Below are positions 1 through 12,550 of a stretch of DNA of 64,000 nt, one piece after another. The notes under the pieces were generated by a model. The model did not search any database. It was given only the letters and a program-made list of their open reading frames with translations, and was not told the origin of the DNA. The DNA comes from Hemiscyllium ocellatum (taxonomy: Eukaryota): contig NC_083432.1 of the NCBI RefSeq assembly GCF_020745735.1, positions 37,534,533 to 37,598,532 on the forward strand, in the 5' to 3' direction. Made by a program: the position numbers and the translations under genes. Each line of letters opens with the position of its first letter. The stretch's first letter is position 1.

Positions 1-289
1 AAGATGTCAAGCTACTGTGAAAAGACTGTGCTGAAATAATTGTGTACACCTCAGTCTCAGGGATAATCCCTGCAGCGTCCCAATCATGAGCAACAACAGG
101 TTGTCATCCAACTCAGATACCAATCTGTCCACCACTCTGTTATTGAACGGTGGGAAACACTTTCATTGTAGTTGATTGATCAATGTAATTGTTGGGGAAG
201 AAAGTTGAAGTTACTTGCATCAGAAGCAACTTTTATGTAGATGGTGTTTCAATAATCTTTAAGATAATATACACTTCATCATAAAGAAT

Positions 290-760
290 AGGGACAGTGT
301 TGGGACCACAGTTATTCACAATTTACATAGCTGTTTTGAGTTGCGGACCACGTGGAATGTCTCAAAGTTTGCAGATGACACTAAGACGAGTGGCACAGCA
401 AAGTGTGTGGTGGACTGGGAAACTTTGCAGAGGGACAAAAATATTTCAAGTGAGCAGGTAAAGGTCTGGCAGATGGAATACAATGTTAATAAATGTGAAT
501 CAGGGGTGATTTTAGAGAAACATAAAATTATGAAGGGAATAGATAAGATAAATGTAGAGAGAATGTTTCCACTGACAGATGAAACTGCGACAAAGGACAT
601 AGACCTTTTTTTTGAAGAATGAAAGTATTGAGGATTACAGTGAGAAGGCAGGTAAGTGGAACTGAGGACATGAAAAGATCAGCCATGACCTTAATAAATG
701 GCGGAGCAGGCTGGAGGGGCAAGATGGCCTACTCCTGCTCCAAGGTCTAACATTCTTATG
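290..760 (+). mobile_element. CR1-type LINE 3' fragment with an internal deletion
   Basis: SKFADDTK RT motif, WQMEYNVNKC. Confidence 0.8.
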
Positions 761-1389
761 CTATGGTGAACATCAGTAGGCAATTCCACCCACCAAACAT
801 GTCTCTGTATTCCATAAGGTCACCAATGACTGAATGATGGACAGAACACAGCCTCCAAGATAACTGATCACTTCTCATTTAAACAATAATCTGTATCAAG
901 CCTCAAATGCACTCAATGTTGCAGCCGCCACTGATCATTGCGGAAGTGAACTCAAACAGATAGTCCTCCGAAAGGAGACAATTCTACTGATGTGAACCTT
1001 CGATGGGTCGGTCCTTATTTTTAAATTAATCCCCTAGGATTTTTGTCTGGTGTGACATATCAGTTTAGCATCTACCATGCCAAGACCCTTTGCATCTAAT
1101 ATTTCAATGAATGGTCCCTATCTACAGCATCAGGAAGCTGTGTAATATTGCCCTCAATGTCACTCAGCAACTTGGTTCCATCAGCACATTTACTGGATCA
1201 CACTGACTGACAAGCAAGTGGTTTACAGAACAGCAAGAAATATTACCAATCTCAACAGTGCTTGAGTAGAAGCGAGCAATGCCACAGGAGTTCCATTACA
1301 AAAATATTACATGCAGTGCAATTGTCAGAAATTCTGAATTGTTATTGAACCTAAATACAGTTAGTTATTCTCCTTCTGTTGTGTTATTT

Positions 1390-1680
1390 AGAGTCATAGA
1401 GTGATAGAGATTTACAGCGTGGAAACAGACGCTTCGGTCCAACCCGTCCATGCCGACCAGATATCCCAACCCAATTTAGTCCCACCTGCCAGCACCCAGC
1501 CCATAACCCTCCGAACCCTTCTTATTCATATACCCATTCAAATGCCTCTTAAATGTTGCAATTGTACCAGCCTCCACCACTTCCTCTGGCAGCTCATTCC
1601 ATACACGTATCACCCTCTGTGTGAAGAAGTTGCCCTGTAGGACTGTTTTATATCTTTCCTCTCTCACCTTAAACCTCAGG
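1390..1680 (-). mobile_element. CR1/HER1-like LINE 3' tail
   Basis: GNFFTQRVIRVWNELPEEVVEAGT; ends in CTATGACTCT-like tail. Confidence 0.85.
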
Positions 1681-2724
1681 GAACAGATTCTAAGGACTCT
1701 CACAAACTGGGATTGTGCATACACTTGCTAAAACTTGCAGAGTTTGGGAGTAGAGCATGGGAGATGTGAGTAATTGGATAGTGCTTCCCAATTACAAAAC
1801 AGCAAATGGCTTTAAGGACGGAATTCAATTTAAAAGCGGCTGATGTGACTTTCGCCCCATTTTTCTCGGTGATAAATTTCACATCAATCTCATTCAAATT
1901 GATTAAAATACCAAAGTCAGAAAAACAAATAAAGCCACTTCATTACCTCATGGCATGAGTTTATATTTCAATCAATTAATCCCCTTTCTGCTTTTACAAA
2001 CTCTCACTTTCCTGCACATTCCGAGCCTTCTGCTCAGTTGTCAATCATTAACATTGCTCCGCCCATCTGTGATGTCACTCTCTGAGGACATTCCGGAAGA
2101 CTCTGGAATTCCTCCAGGAGCAGTCACTGATGGAGACCTCTCACCAACCGGAATTGTACATGCGCTTGCTAAAACAGAATTTGCAGAGTTCGGGAAAAGA
2201 CCATGGGAGATGCGGGTAATTGGATAGTGCTTCCAAAGGGATCACACCTGCCTGGTGGACCGAATGGCCTTGTTTGTTGCTGAGTTGATCTAAAGCAATT
2301 TATTCGCATTCTTCATTTCTATAATTGGAAATATTGTATCAAACCCATGATTCACAACGGGGTTTCATAATATGAAAGGGCACAGCTTCATTTCAAAGTT
2401 TTTCATTTATTAAAATGTGTTATCATCATAAACAAGGAAATTGTCTGCAGGCAATCCAGACTTCACTGAACTTAAATAAAACTCATTTACAATTCCTTCC
2501 ATCTGAAACAGATCAATATCACTGTCATATCAAGAAATTCACTGAAAACAGGAATGTTAGAAAAACCAAACACTGCCTCGTCATTCCTGCTTGTCATGAG
2601 TTATTATTTCAATAAATTAATCCCCTCTGTGTTTGAACAAACCCTCACTTTCCTGCACAGACTCAGCCTTCTGCTCAGCTGTCAATCATTAACATTGCCC
2701 CTCCCATCTATGATGTCACTGTCT

Positions 2725-2896
2725 GAGTACATTCCAGAAGTCTGTGGATGCCCTCCAGTGGGTGTCACTGAGTCGAGTCTTTCTTGTTTAAAGTAAGGCT
2801 GAGATGTGACGTCGTGTATTTTCAGCTCACGTGATAAACCCAGCAAACCTGAGGACATTCTGGAAATGTCTGGATTCCTGGCAGTAGAATATATAA
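2725..2896 (+). promoter_or_regulatory. Heat-shock promoter of copy A: distal HSE (~2727-2745), proximal HSE (2852-2876), TATATAA (2890-2896)
   Basis: Alternating nGAAn units GGAcaTTCtgGAAatGTCtgGAT ~15 bp upstream of the TATA box; TTCcaGAA at 2732-2739; CRE-like TGACGTC 2807-2813; E-box CACGTG 2828-2833. Confidence 0.8.
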
Positions 2897-2989
2897 GGTG
2901 TGAGCTCAGAGTGCTGCAGCAGATCAGAGACCGAAGACTGGGAGTTCACATCAGTCAGTTTGAGGGAAGTGAGAGAAGAGGCAGAGACA

Positions 2990-3640
2990 ATGCTGAGCTA
3001 TCGGGCTTTCCACCCTTCACGTCTGTGCCAGCAGCCTGTATACACACTGGCACCTGTTTCACACAGGCTCTGGGAACCACTTGAATGTAACATGTGGGAA
3101 CAGGTGGAAGAAGCGAGAAAGGGCATGGACTTCATCAATCGAGTTCTTGAGGATCTGACAGCAGAATGTTTTGGGGAAATACCAAGAACTCGAGACAACA
3201 AATCTGATGCTAATGGAGAAGGTAAAAGACAATCCGAGGACAAGGATGGAGATGGCTTTTCTGTGTCCCTGAATGTCCAGCATTTCCCCCCAGAAGACCT
3301 GAGGGTGAAAGTATTTGGAAGAAAAGTGCTGGTGACAGGAAAACACGAGAAGAAATGTGATGATGGCAGCGGCTGTTACAGCTACAAATATGAAGAGTTC
3401 AGGAGAGAATTCCAGCTGCCAGAGGATGTCGATGCTGAAGCTCTTCGATGCTGTTTGTCACATGACGGTCAGTTAAAAGTCCAAGCCCCGCGCCTGGCAC
3501 TGCCAGCTGTGAATGAACGGACTGTCCCCATCAATATCACCTCGGAGACAACAACCACACCCCGGCTCAATCCTGACCAAGAGACAGAGAAACAGGAGAG
3601 TGGGAAGGATGTGGGGATCAAGAAAGCTGAACAGATATGA
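2990..3640 (+). CDS. hsp30: Small heat shock protein hsp30-like (HSPB9-related), copy A, intronless, 216 aa
   Basis: Alpha-crystallin domain (FSVSLNVQHFPPEDLRVKV...GKHEKK...EFRREFQLPEDVDAEALRCCLSHDGQLKVQAP) and C-terminal V-P-I motif. True ATG is at 2990 (the ORF-track start at 2900 is a GTG beside the TATA box). HSEs and TATA lie upstream; AATAAA at 3812-3817. Confidence 0.9.
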   Translation: MLSYRAFHPSRLCQQPVYTLAPVSHRLWEPLECNMWEQVEEARKGMDFINRVLEDLTAECFGEIPRTRDNKSDANGEGKRQSEDKDGDGFSVSLNVQHFPPEDLRVKVFGRKVLVTGKHEKKCDDGSGCYSYKYEEFRREFQLPEDVDAEALRCCLSHDGQLKVQAPRLALPAVNERTVPINITSETTTTPRLNPDQETEKQESGKDVGIKKAEQI

Positions 3641-4289
3641 CTTTGTTACAATGAACTTATGATATTGTAATAATTGTTCAAAAGCAGCAATGAATTTCTG
3701 TGAATGTCAGATAAAGAGACATTGTTGTCCAGTTAATAGTTTTTAACTTGGAAACCTGTACACTGCTATTATCATTGTTCATGTGGTTTATTTCTGTATG
3801 TATTTTGGAAGAATAAATACCTTTGAAATTTAATTATGATGAGTCTGCCTATTTACTTGATCAAAAGAAAACTGATGTATCTCCCTTACTAACATTATTC
3901 TCAATTAAGGGAAAGAAGCTTTTTTTACTTGGATTAATTTAAAAGACAGAATCAAAATCAGGTGGTCATGATCTGCCTAAGTCTGAGCTCAGGCCTATCA
4001 AAGATGTCAAGCTACTGTGAAGAGACTGTGCTGAAATAATTGTGTACACCTCAGTCTCAGGGATAATCCCTGCAGCGTCACAATCATGAGCAACAACAGG
4101 TTGTCGTCCAACTCAGATACCAATCTGTCCACCACTCTGTTATTGAACGGTGGGAAACACTTTCATTGTGGTTAATTGATCAATGTAATTGTCGGGGAAG
4201 AAAGTTGAAGTTACTTGCATCAGAAGCAACGTTTATGTAGTTTGTGTTTCAATAATCTTTAAGATAATATACACTTCATCATAAAGAAT

Positions 4290-5130
4290 AGGAACAGTGT
4301 TGGGACCACAGTTATTCACAATTTACATAGTTGTTTTGAGTTGCGGACCACGTGGAATGTCTCAAAGTTTGCAGATGACACTAAGACGAATGGCACAGCA
4401 AAGTGTGTGGTGGACTGGGAAACTTTGCAGAGGGACAAAAATATTTCAAGTGAGTAGGTAAAGGTCTGGCAGATGGAATACAATGTTAATAAATGTGAAA
4501 TCATCCATTTAGGTAGGAGCAACCGTGAAAAGGATTATTACTTGAAAGGTAAACGTTGCAGCGTGCTGCTATGCAGAGGGATCTGGGCATCCTTTTTAAT
4601 GAATCGTAGAAGGTTGGTGTGCAGGTCCAACACATAATTAGGAAGGCAAATGGAATGTTGTCCTTCAATGCTAAAGAAATTGAGTTTAAAAGCAGTGAGG
4701 TTGTGTTGCAGCTGTATGGGGTGCTGGTGAGGCCACATCTGGAGTATTGCGTGCAGGTTTGGTCTCTTACTTGAGAAAGCTTCACGAGGTTGATTCCAGA
4801 TTTGAGAGGGTTGACGTATGAGGAGAAACGAGTAAAATGCGATTATATTCATTGAAATTTGTAAGAATCAGGGGTGATTTTAGAGAAACATAAAATTATG
4901 AAGGGAATAGATAAGATAAATGTAGAGAGAATGTTTCCACTGACAGATGAAACTGCGACAAAGGGCTTAGACCTTTTTTTTGAACAATGAAGGTATTGAG
5001 GATTACAGTGAGAAGGCAGGTAAGTGGAACTGAGGACATGAAAAGATCAGCCATGACCTTAATAAATGGCGGAGCAGGCTGGAGGGGCAAGATGGCCTAC
5101 TCCTGCTCCAAGGTCTTACATTCTTATGCT
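4290..5130 (+). mobile_element. CR1-type LINE 3' fragment
   Basis: FADDTK and LVRPHLEYCVQ motifs; undeleted paralog of 290-760. Confidence 0.8.
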
Positions 5131-5757
5131 ATGGTGAACATCAGTAGGCAATTCCACCCACCAAACATGTCTCTGTATTCCATAAGGTCACCAATGACTT
5201 AATGATGGACAGAACACAGCCTCCAAGATAACTGATCACTTCTCATTTAAACAATAATCTGTATCAAGCCTCAAATGCACTCAATGTTGCAGCCACCACT
5301 GATCATTGCGGAAGTGAACTCAAACAGATAGTCCTCCGAAAGAAGACAATTCTACTGATGTGAACCTTCGATGGGTCGGTCCTTACTTTTAAATTAATCC
5401 CCCAGGATTTCTGTCTGGTGTGACACATCAGTTTAGCATCTACCATGTCAAGACCTTTTGCATCTAATGTTTCAATGAATGGTCCCTATCTACAGCATCA
5501 GGAAGCTGTGTAATATTTCCCTCAATGTCACTCAGCAACTTGGTTCCATCAGCACATTTACTGGATCACACTGACTGACAAGCAAGTGGTTTACAGAACA
5601 ACAAGAAATATTACCAATCTCAACAGTGCTTGAGTAGAAGCGAGCAATGCCACAGGAGTTCCATTACAAAAATATTACATGCAGTGCAATTGTCAGAAAT
5701 TCTGAATTGTTATTGAACCTAAATACAGTTAGTTATTCTCCTTCTGTTGTGTTATTT

Positions 5758-6048
5758 AGAGTCATAGAGTGATAGAGATTTACAGCACGGAAACAGACAC
5801 TTCGGTCCAACCCGTCCATGCCGACCAGATATCCCAACCCAAATTAGTCCCACCTGCCAGCACCCAGCCCATATCCCTCCGAACCCTTCTTATTCATATA
5901 CCCATTCAAATGCCTCTTAAATGTTGCAATTGTACCAGCCTCCACCACTTCCTCTGGCAGCTCATTCCATACACGTGTCACCCTCATTGTGAAGAAGTTG
6001 CCCTGTAGGACTGTTTTATATCTTTCCTCTCTCACCTTAAACCTCAGG
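5758..6048 (-). mobile_element. CR1/HER1-like LINE 3' tail
   Basis: Duplicate of 1390-1680. Confidence 0.85.
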
Positions 6049-6298
6049 GAACAGACTCTAAGGACTCTCACAAACTGGAATTGTGCATACACTTGCTAAA
6101 ACTTGCAGAGTTTGGGAATAGAGCATGGGAGATGTGAATAATTGGATAGTGCTTCCAAAGGGATGACACTGGCCTAGTGGACCGAATGGCCTTGTTTGTT
6201 GCTGACTCGAGCTGAACCATTTTTGCGCATTATTCATTTTCTGTACAGTTATTGGAAATGCTGGATCAAACCCATGATTCGCAACAGGATTTTATTAT

Positions 6299-6981
6299 TG
6301 TGGGAAAAGATCTGCTAAGCTGCCTACACACAGCTTGGCCACACAGAACACAGAAAATCAAGCCTGTTCCAATAATACAAGAAACACCCAGAATGCCTCA
6401 GCATTGACCAAACAGGCTGACAAGGGAAACCAGACATGACCATAATCACTTGCAGACCAGGAAATACACTTACCAAGACAACCTGACAATAAGCTTTCTG
6501 GACCCGATAAACACAACTGCTGCAAAGCTCTAAGGGCAGTCTCGTCCCCCAGTGATATCAAAGCCACAAAAAGTTCAGGTCAGTCGGAGAGGCACCAGAA
6601 GATCTGGCTCACAGGTGAGCAATAATGGAAACACCTTACTGCCAAGGAAACAGACCATCCCACCTACCCTCGAAGAGAGCTGGAATCTCCTCCAATTACA
6701 AACTGATTGAAGCTGCCAGGATGCTTCACTGTATCTAGATTCGGGACATTCTTCTGATAACTGCTTTGTGATTATCACCATCGTAACTGGATCACTTGAT
6801 TATCAAGACCATTGTATTTTCGCTATGTTTAATTAGCATCATTGTACAATATTCCCATATAAAATGGCTTGATTCTCAGCACAGGGAAGAGAATACTTGA
6901 TCAATTTCTCTTCCAGCGATATCGCTTGTAATAAACAGCTTGTCAGTTTCAGCCAATCTGGCTTGTGTAATCTCTGCAACA
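6299..6981 (+). mobile_element. Possible solo LTR
   Basis: TGT...ACA termini with weak inverted similarity; TATAAAA ~6858 and AATAAA ~6930; begins where the duplication homology ends; no TSD seen. Confidence 0.3.
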
Positions 6982-8050
6982 TCTGTTCCCACGATGACCA
7001 ATTCCACCTCAGAAAGTACCAGATGGTCTCCTTCTTCCACGATCACAACTTCCCTTCCCACGTGGTTGACGACGCCCTCCAGCGCAACTCCTCCACTTCA
7101 CACACCACCGACTTAAACACCACTCCTCCCAACGCAACAAGGACAGAACCCACTTGGTCCTCCCCTTCCACCACACCAACCTCTGCATACAAAGCATCAT
7201 CCTCCACCTCGTCTGCCACCTCCAAACGGACCCCACCACCAGAGATATAATTCCTTCCACACCCATATAGGTGTTCGGAAAGACCATTCCCTCCATGACT
7301 CCTTCATCAAGTCCATACTCTCCCACCAGCCCATACCTCACTCCTGGCACCTTTCCCTGCCATCGCAGGAAGTGCAAAACCTGTGCCCACACCATTCCCC
7401 TCACCTCTGTCCAAGGCCGCAAGGGATCCTTCCACATCCATCAGAAATTTACCTGTACCTCTACCAATGTCATCTACTGCATCTGTTGCACCCGTTGGGG
7501 TCTCCTCTACATGGTGGAGACAGGACACTTTCTTGCGGAACATTTCAGAGAACATGTCTGGGACACCCTCACCTACCAACCCCACCGTCCTGTGGCTGAA
7601 CACTTCAACTCCATCTCTGTCGAGGACATGCAGGTCCTGGGCCGCCTCCACTTCCAAACCGAAGTTCCGTTACCACCCGACGCCTAGAGGAGGAAAGCCT
7701 CATATTCCGCCTTGGGCCCCTGAAGCCACACAGGCTAAATATAGATTTCAACAACTTCCTCATTTCCCCTCCCCCACACTATCCCACTCTCAAGCCTCCA
7801 ACTCAGCACTGCCCTCTGGACCTGTCCATCACTCCCACCCTCTGACCTTTCACCTTCTCCCTCACCTTCATCCACCTATTGCTTTCTCAGCTATCTTCCC
7901 AACCCCCCTCCCCCAACCCCACCCCGTCCCATTTATCTCTCAGCCCTCGGCCCACAAGCCTCATTCCTGATGTAGGGCTTATGCCTGAAATGTTGGTTCT
8001 CCTGCTCCTCAGATGCTGCCTGACCTGCTGTGCTTTCCCAGCACCACACT
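6980..8050 (+). mobile_element. Penelope-like element 3' fragment (GIY-YIG endonuclease and terminal repeat)
   Basis: FTCTSTNVIYCICCTRWGLLYMVETG...FREH; degenerate hammerhead motif ~7963-7997. Confidence 0.8.
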
Positions 8051-8344
8051 CTCGGTCAGACCCTGAGCAAAGGTGGGACAACTGAGGAGGGGAGCCACAA
8101 TTCCAATCCAACTATTGCAGCAAGTGGGCGTTGAGCAACCATGGACTCTGTCTGATAACGTGGACAGGGACGCTCCTGAACTGGTCATCTCAATTTTGAC
8201 CAACTCGGCAGACACGTGATCGGACTTGAGCCAGGGCTTGTGCCATGACCCTGATCCAGCCAAGGTGACAGACGGGACGGGCAGGGGAAGCCTGGCAAGA
8301 TAGAAGGAGAGAGCGCCGATTAAATTTTTGCTTCAATCGTGTTA

Positions 8345-10211
8345 AAGCACAGCAGGTCAGGCAGCATCCAAGGAAGAGGAAATTCGACGTTTCGGGCCAG
8401 AACCCTTCATCAGGAATGAGGAGAGGGTGCCAGGCAGGCTAAGATAAAAAGTAGGGAGGAGCGACTTGGGGGAGGGGCGATGGAGATGTGATAGGTGGAA
8501 GGAGGTCAAGGTGAGGGTGATAGGCCGGAGTGGGGTGAGGGCAGAGAGGTCAGGAAGAGGATTGCAGGTTAGGAGGGCGGTGCTGAGTTCAAGGGAATCG
8601 ACTGAGACAAGGTGGGGGGAGGGGAAATGAGGAAACTGGAGAAATCTGAGTTCATCCCTTGTGGTTGGAGGGTTCCCAGACGGAAGATGAGGCGCTCTTC
8701 CTCCACCGTCGTGTTGTTATGTTCTGGTGATGGAGGAGTCCAAGGACCTGCATGTCTTCGGTGGAGTGGGAGGGAGAGTTAAAGTGTTGAGCCACGGGGT
8801 GGTTGGGTTGGTTGATCCGGGCGTCCCAGAGGTGTTCCCTGAAGCGTTCTGCAAGTAGGCGGCCCGTCTCCCCAATATAGAGGAGGCCACATCGGGTGCA
8901 GCGGATGCAATAGATGATGCGTGTGGAGGTGCGGGTGAATTTGTGGCGGATATGGAAGGATCCCTTGGGGCCTTGGAGAGAAGTAAGGGAGGAGGTGTGG
9001 GCGCAAGTTTTGCATTTCCTGCAGTTGCAGTGGAAGGTGCCGGGAGCGGAGGTTGGGTTGGTGGGAGGTGTGGACCTGACGAGGGAGTCACGAAGGGAGT
9101 GGTCTTTGCGGAGCGCTGATAGGGGAGGGGAGGGAAATATATCCCTGGTGGTGGAGTCCGTTTAGAGTTGGCGGAAATGACGGTGGATGATACGTTGTAC
9201 ACGGAGGTTGGTGGGGTGGTAGGTGAGAACCAGTGGGGTTCTGTCTTGGTGGCGGTTGGAGGGGCGGGGCTCAAGGGCGGAGGAGCGGGAAGTGGAGGAG
9301 ATACGGTGGAGGGCATCGTCGATCACGTCTGGGGGAATCTGCGGTCCTTGAAGAAGGAGGCCATCTGGGCTGTACGGTATTGGAACTGGTCCTCCTGGGA
9401 GCAGATGCGGCGGAGACGAAGGAATTGGGAATATGGGATGGAGTTTTTACAGGGGGTAGGGTGGGAGGAGGTGTAGTCTAGGTAGCTGTGGGAGTAAGTC
9501 GGTTTATACTAGATGTCTGTGTTAAGTCGGTCGCCCGAGATAGAAATGGAAAGGTCTAGGAAGGGGAGGGAGGAGTCTGAGACAGTCCAGGTGAATTTGA
9601 GGTCAGGATGGAAGGTGTTGGTAAAGTTGATGAACTGTTCAACCTCCTCGTGGGAGCACGAGGCGGCGCCGATATAGTCATCGATGTAGCGGAGGAAAAG
9701 GTGGGGGGTGGTGCCAGTGTAGTTGCGGAAGATGGACTGTTCCACATATCCTACAAAGAGACAGGCATAGCTGGGGCCCATGCGGGTGCCCATGGCAACT
9801 CCTTTAGTTTGGAGGAAGTGGGAGGATTGGAAAGAGAATTTATTCAGGGTGAGGACCAGTTCAGTCAGTCGAAGGAGGGTGTCAGTGGAAGGGTACTGGT
9901 TGGTGCGGCGGGAAAGGAAGAAGTGGAGGGCTTTGAGTCCTTCGTGATGGGGGATGGAGGTGTACAGGAACTGGATGTCCATGGTGAAGATAAGGCGTTG
10001 GGGACCAGGGAAGCGAAAATCATGAAGGAGATGGAGGGCGTGGATGGTGTCCCGAACGTAGGTGGGGAGTTCTTGGACTAAAGGGGACAGAACCGTGTCG
10101 AGGTACGTGGAGATGAGTTCGGTGGGGCAGGAGCAGGTTGAGACAATGGGTCAGCCGGGGCAGTCAGGTTAGTGGATTTTGGGCAGGAGGTAGAAACGGG
10201 CGGTGCGGGGT
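8345..10211 (-). mobile_element. Penelope-like element (RT and GIY-YIG), 5'-truncated
   Basis: RT motifs DIQFLYTSIP, QTKGVAMG, RYIDD; CCHH/GIY-YIG region; terminal repeat with an intact hammerhead core. Confidence 0.88.
8382..8417 (-). ncRNA. Minimal type-I hammerhead ribozyme motif in the Penelope terminal repeat
   Basis: ATTC-CTGATGA-A-GGG ttctgg CCC-GAAACGTC-GAAT: stem I ATTC/GAAT, stem II, palindromic ACGT in place of stem III. Confidence 0.7.
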
Positions 10212-11114
10212 TGCTCGGAATGTGCAGGAAAGTGAGAGTTTCTAAAAGCAGAAAGGGGATTATTTGATTGAAATATAAACTCATGTCATGAGATAATGAG
10301 GTGGGTGTATTTGTTTTTCTGACTTTGGTATTTTAAATGATTTGAATTAGATTGATGTGAAATTTATCACCGAGTTAAATGGGGCGAAAGTCACATCAGC
10401 CACTTTTAAATTGAATAAAGTATTTATTCCGTCCTTAAAGCCATTTGCTGTTTTGTAGTTGTCATGAAATATATTTAAAGGTGAAAAATGTAAAGTGAAG
10501 CTGCTGCATCCTTTAGAATTACTAAGCTCTATGGCTAATAATGAAACCATATGAGATTTTCAAAATGGAAAATGGAGAATACACGACAATAGATTTAGAA
10601 TGTGACAGCAGATGGCGAGGCCATTCGGTTCACCAGGTCAGCGTCAACTCTTCGGAAATGCTATGCAATTACTCACACCTCCCATGTTGTTTTGCTAAGG
10701 TCTGCAAATTCTGTCTTTGCAAATATAAGTACAATTCCAGTCTGTGAAAGGACTTTGGATCTGCTACCTCCTTGCACTCCCATTTTCCGATCTGGTTTAT
10801 GAGAAACAGGACCAAAGCAGGAGAACGACTAATCAAATTTTAGGTTCTGTATAAATTTTGTATGTCTTTGCTATTTATGCTGGATTAATGTGGTTCTACT
10901 GTATCTCTTGTGGCATAAGTCACTTCTTCTCTTGGACTAAGGGTATTGTTGTTCATATTTCTCGCTGTTCTGTAAACCACGTGTTTGTCAGTCAGTGTGA
11001 TCCAGTAAATTGACTGATGGAACCAAGCTGCTGAGTGATATTGAGGGAAGTATGACACATCTTCCTGATGCTGTGCCACAGTGACTGTTCTTTAAAACAT
11101 TAGATTGAAAGGGT

Positions 11115-11260
11115 CTTCAAGAAGACCAGCATCATCCCTGTGCCAATGAAAACACATGCAGCATTCCTGAATGAATACTGCCCAGTGCCTCTGACCTCCA
11201 TAATTATGAAGTGCTTCAAGAGATTAGTCATCGCTCATATTAACTCCTGCCTCCCAGCCT
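11115..11260 (+). mobile_element. Rex1/Babar-like LINE RT fragment
   Basis: Translates as FKKTSIIPVP...LNEYCPVPLTSIIMKCFKRLV. Confidence 0.6.
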
Positions 11261-11739
11261 GTTCTTTATGTTCAAGGGTATAGCATCATTAATATTATTG
11301 AAACAGAACCTTCATAAAAAGTGGCTTTTGATGCAACTAACTTGACCTTCCATTCCCGATAGCCACAATAATCATTTAACCCAAATGAAAGTGCATCTCA
11401 CCATCCATAACAGTGTAGGGTACAGACTGGGTTGGATGACAAGCAGTTATTGCTAAAAGAAACTGAAAGAACTGTGGATGCTGTAAATCAGAAACATAAA
11501 CAAAAATAGAGGTTGCTGGAAAAGCTCAGCAGGTCTGGCATTGTCCTCAGTTCTGAAGAATGGTCACTGGAACCACAACATTCACTTTGACCTGCTGAGC
11601 CTGTCCATCAACTTCTGTTTTTGAAGCTGTTGTTTCTGATTATTGTGAAGCTGCAGGGAATATCTCTGAGATTGAAGTGTAGAAAATTGTGCAAGGACAG
11701 TGTCTGAACTGTAGTTTGATATCTTGTGACAGAGCTGGG

Positions 11740-12175
11740 TGCTGAAAAGATTTGCAAGGATGTTGGATCGACTAGAGGGTTCAGTTATAAGGAGAGTCTG
11801 AATAGACTGGGACCTTTTCTCCAGGAAGACTGGAGACTGAGGATGACCTTACAGAGGCTTATAAAATCATGATGCACACAGATAAGGTGAACAGGCAAGG
11901 TTTTTTTCCAAGGATAGGTGAGTTCAAAACTAGAGGGCTTAGATTTAAGGTGAGCGGGGAAAGATTTACAAGGGACGAGAATGGCAACTTTTTCACACAG
12001 AGGGTGAGCTGGCAGAGAAAGTGGTAGAGGCCAGTACTCTAACAGCATTTAAAAGACATTTGGCCAATTATACAAGCAGGAAAGGTTTAGAGAGATATAG
12101 GGACTAGTTAAGTTTCCGATACCTGTTCGGCATGGTCGGGTTTACATGCTGGATGACTTGATGTCTCCATGACTA
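11740..12175 (+). mobile_element. CR1 3' fragment
   Basis: SYKESLNRLG...; FFTQRV motif. Confidence 0.75.
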
Positions 12176-12550
12176 TATGACCTGAGTTTTGACTTAGGCA
12201 GATCTAGACTGACTGATTTTAGGCCCAGTTTTAACTTTATCAAACCTAAAAGGTGTATTTTCCGTAACCGTGAAGAAGGGAGGTCAGAGTGAAGATTATT
12301 AGTGATGTATCAGTTTTGCTTCGATCAAATAAGAAGGTAAAATCATCATCGGTAAAATTCAGAAATATTTATTGTTCCAACATACATGCAGAAATAATTT
12401 ACCTGTACATGAATTCTGATTAAAGCAATTTCAGATTTACAACTTGAAAACAATAGATTTGACAAAAATATATTTTCATCTCACATTACAGAAACTCATT
12501 GCTGCTTTTGAACAATTATTAGATCTTCAAAAGTTCATTGTAACAGAGTC

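Larger units (their letters stand above)
1..6298 (+). repeat. Tandem segmental duplication: 1-~1790 is a near-identical copy of 4001-~6157
   Basis: Sequence at 1 equals sequence at 4001. The offset becomes 4368 after a 368-bp indel. ~6150-6290 also resembles ~2225-2365. Confidence 0.9.

Noticed and set aside
2900-2989. 30-aa N-terminal extension (MSSECCSR...) on the hsp30 ORFs
   Set aside because: It starts at a GTG 4 bp after the TATA box, upstream of the expected TSS; this is 5'UTR and the ATG is at 2990.
3059-3346. Antisense ORFs repeated in several hsp30 copies
   Set aside because: A by-product of near-identical sense CDSs, with no independent support.
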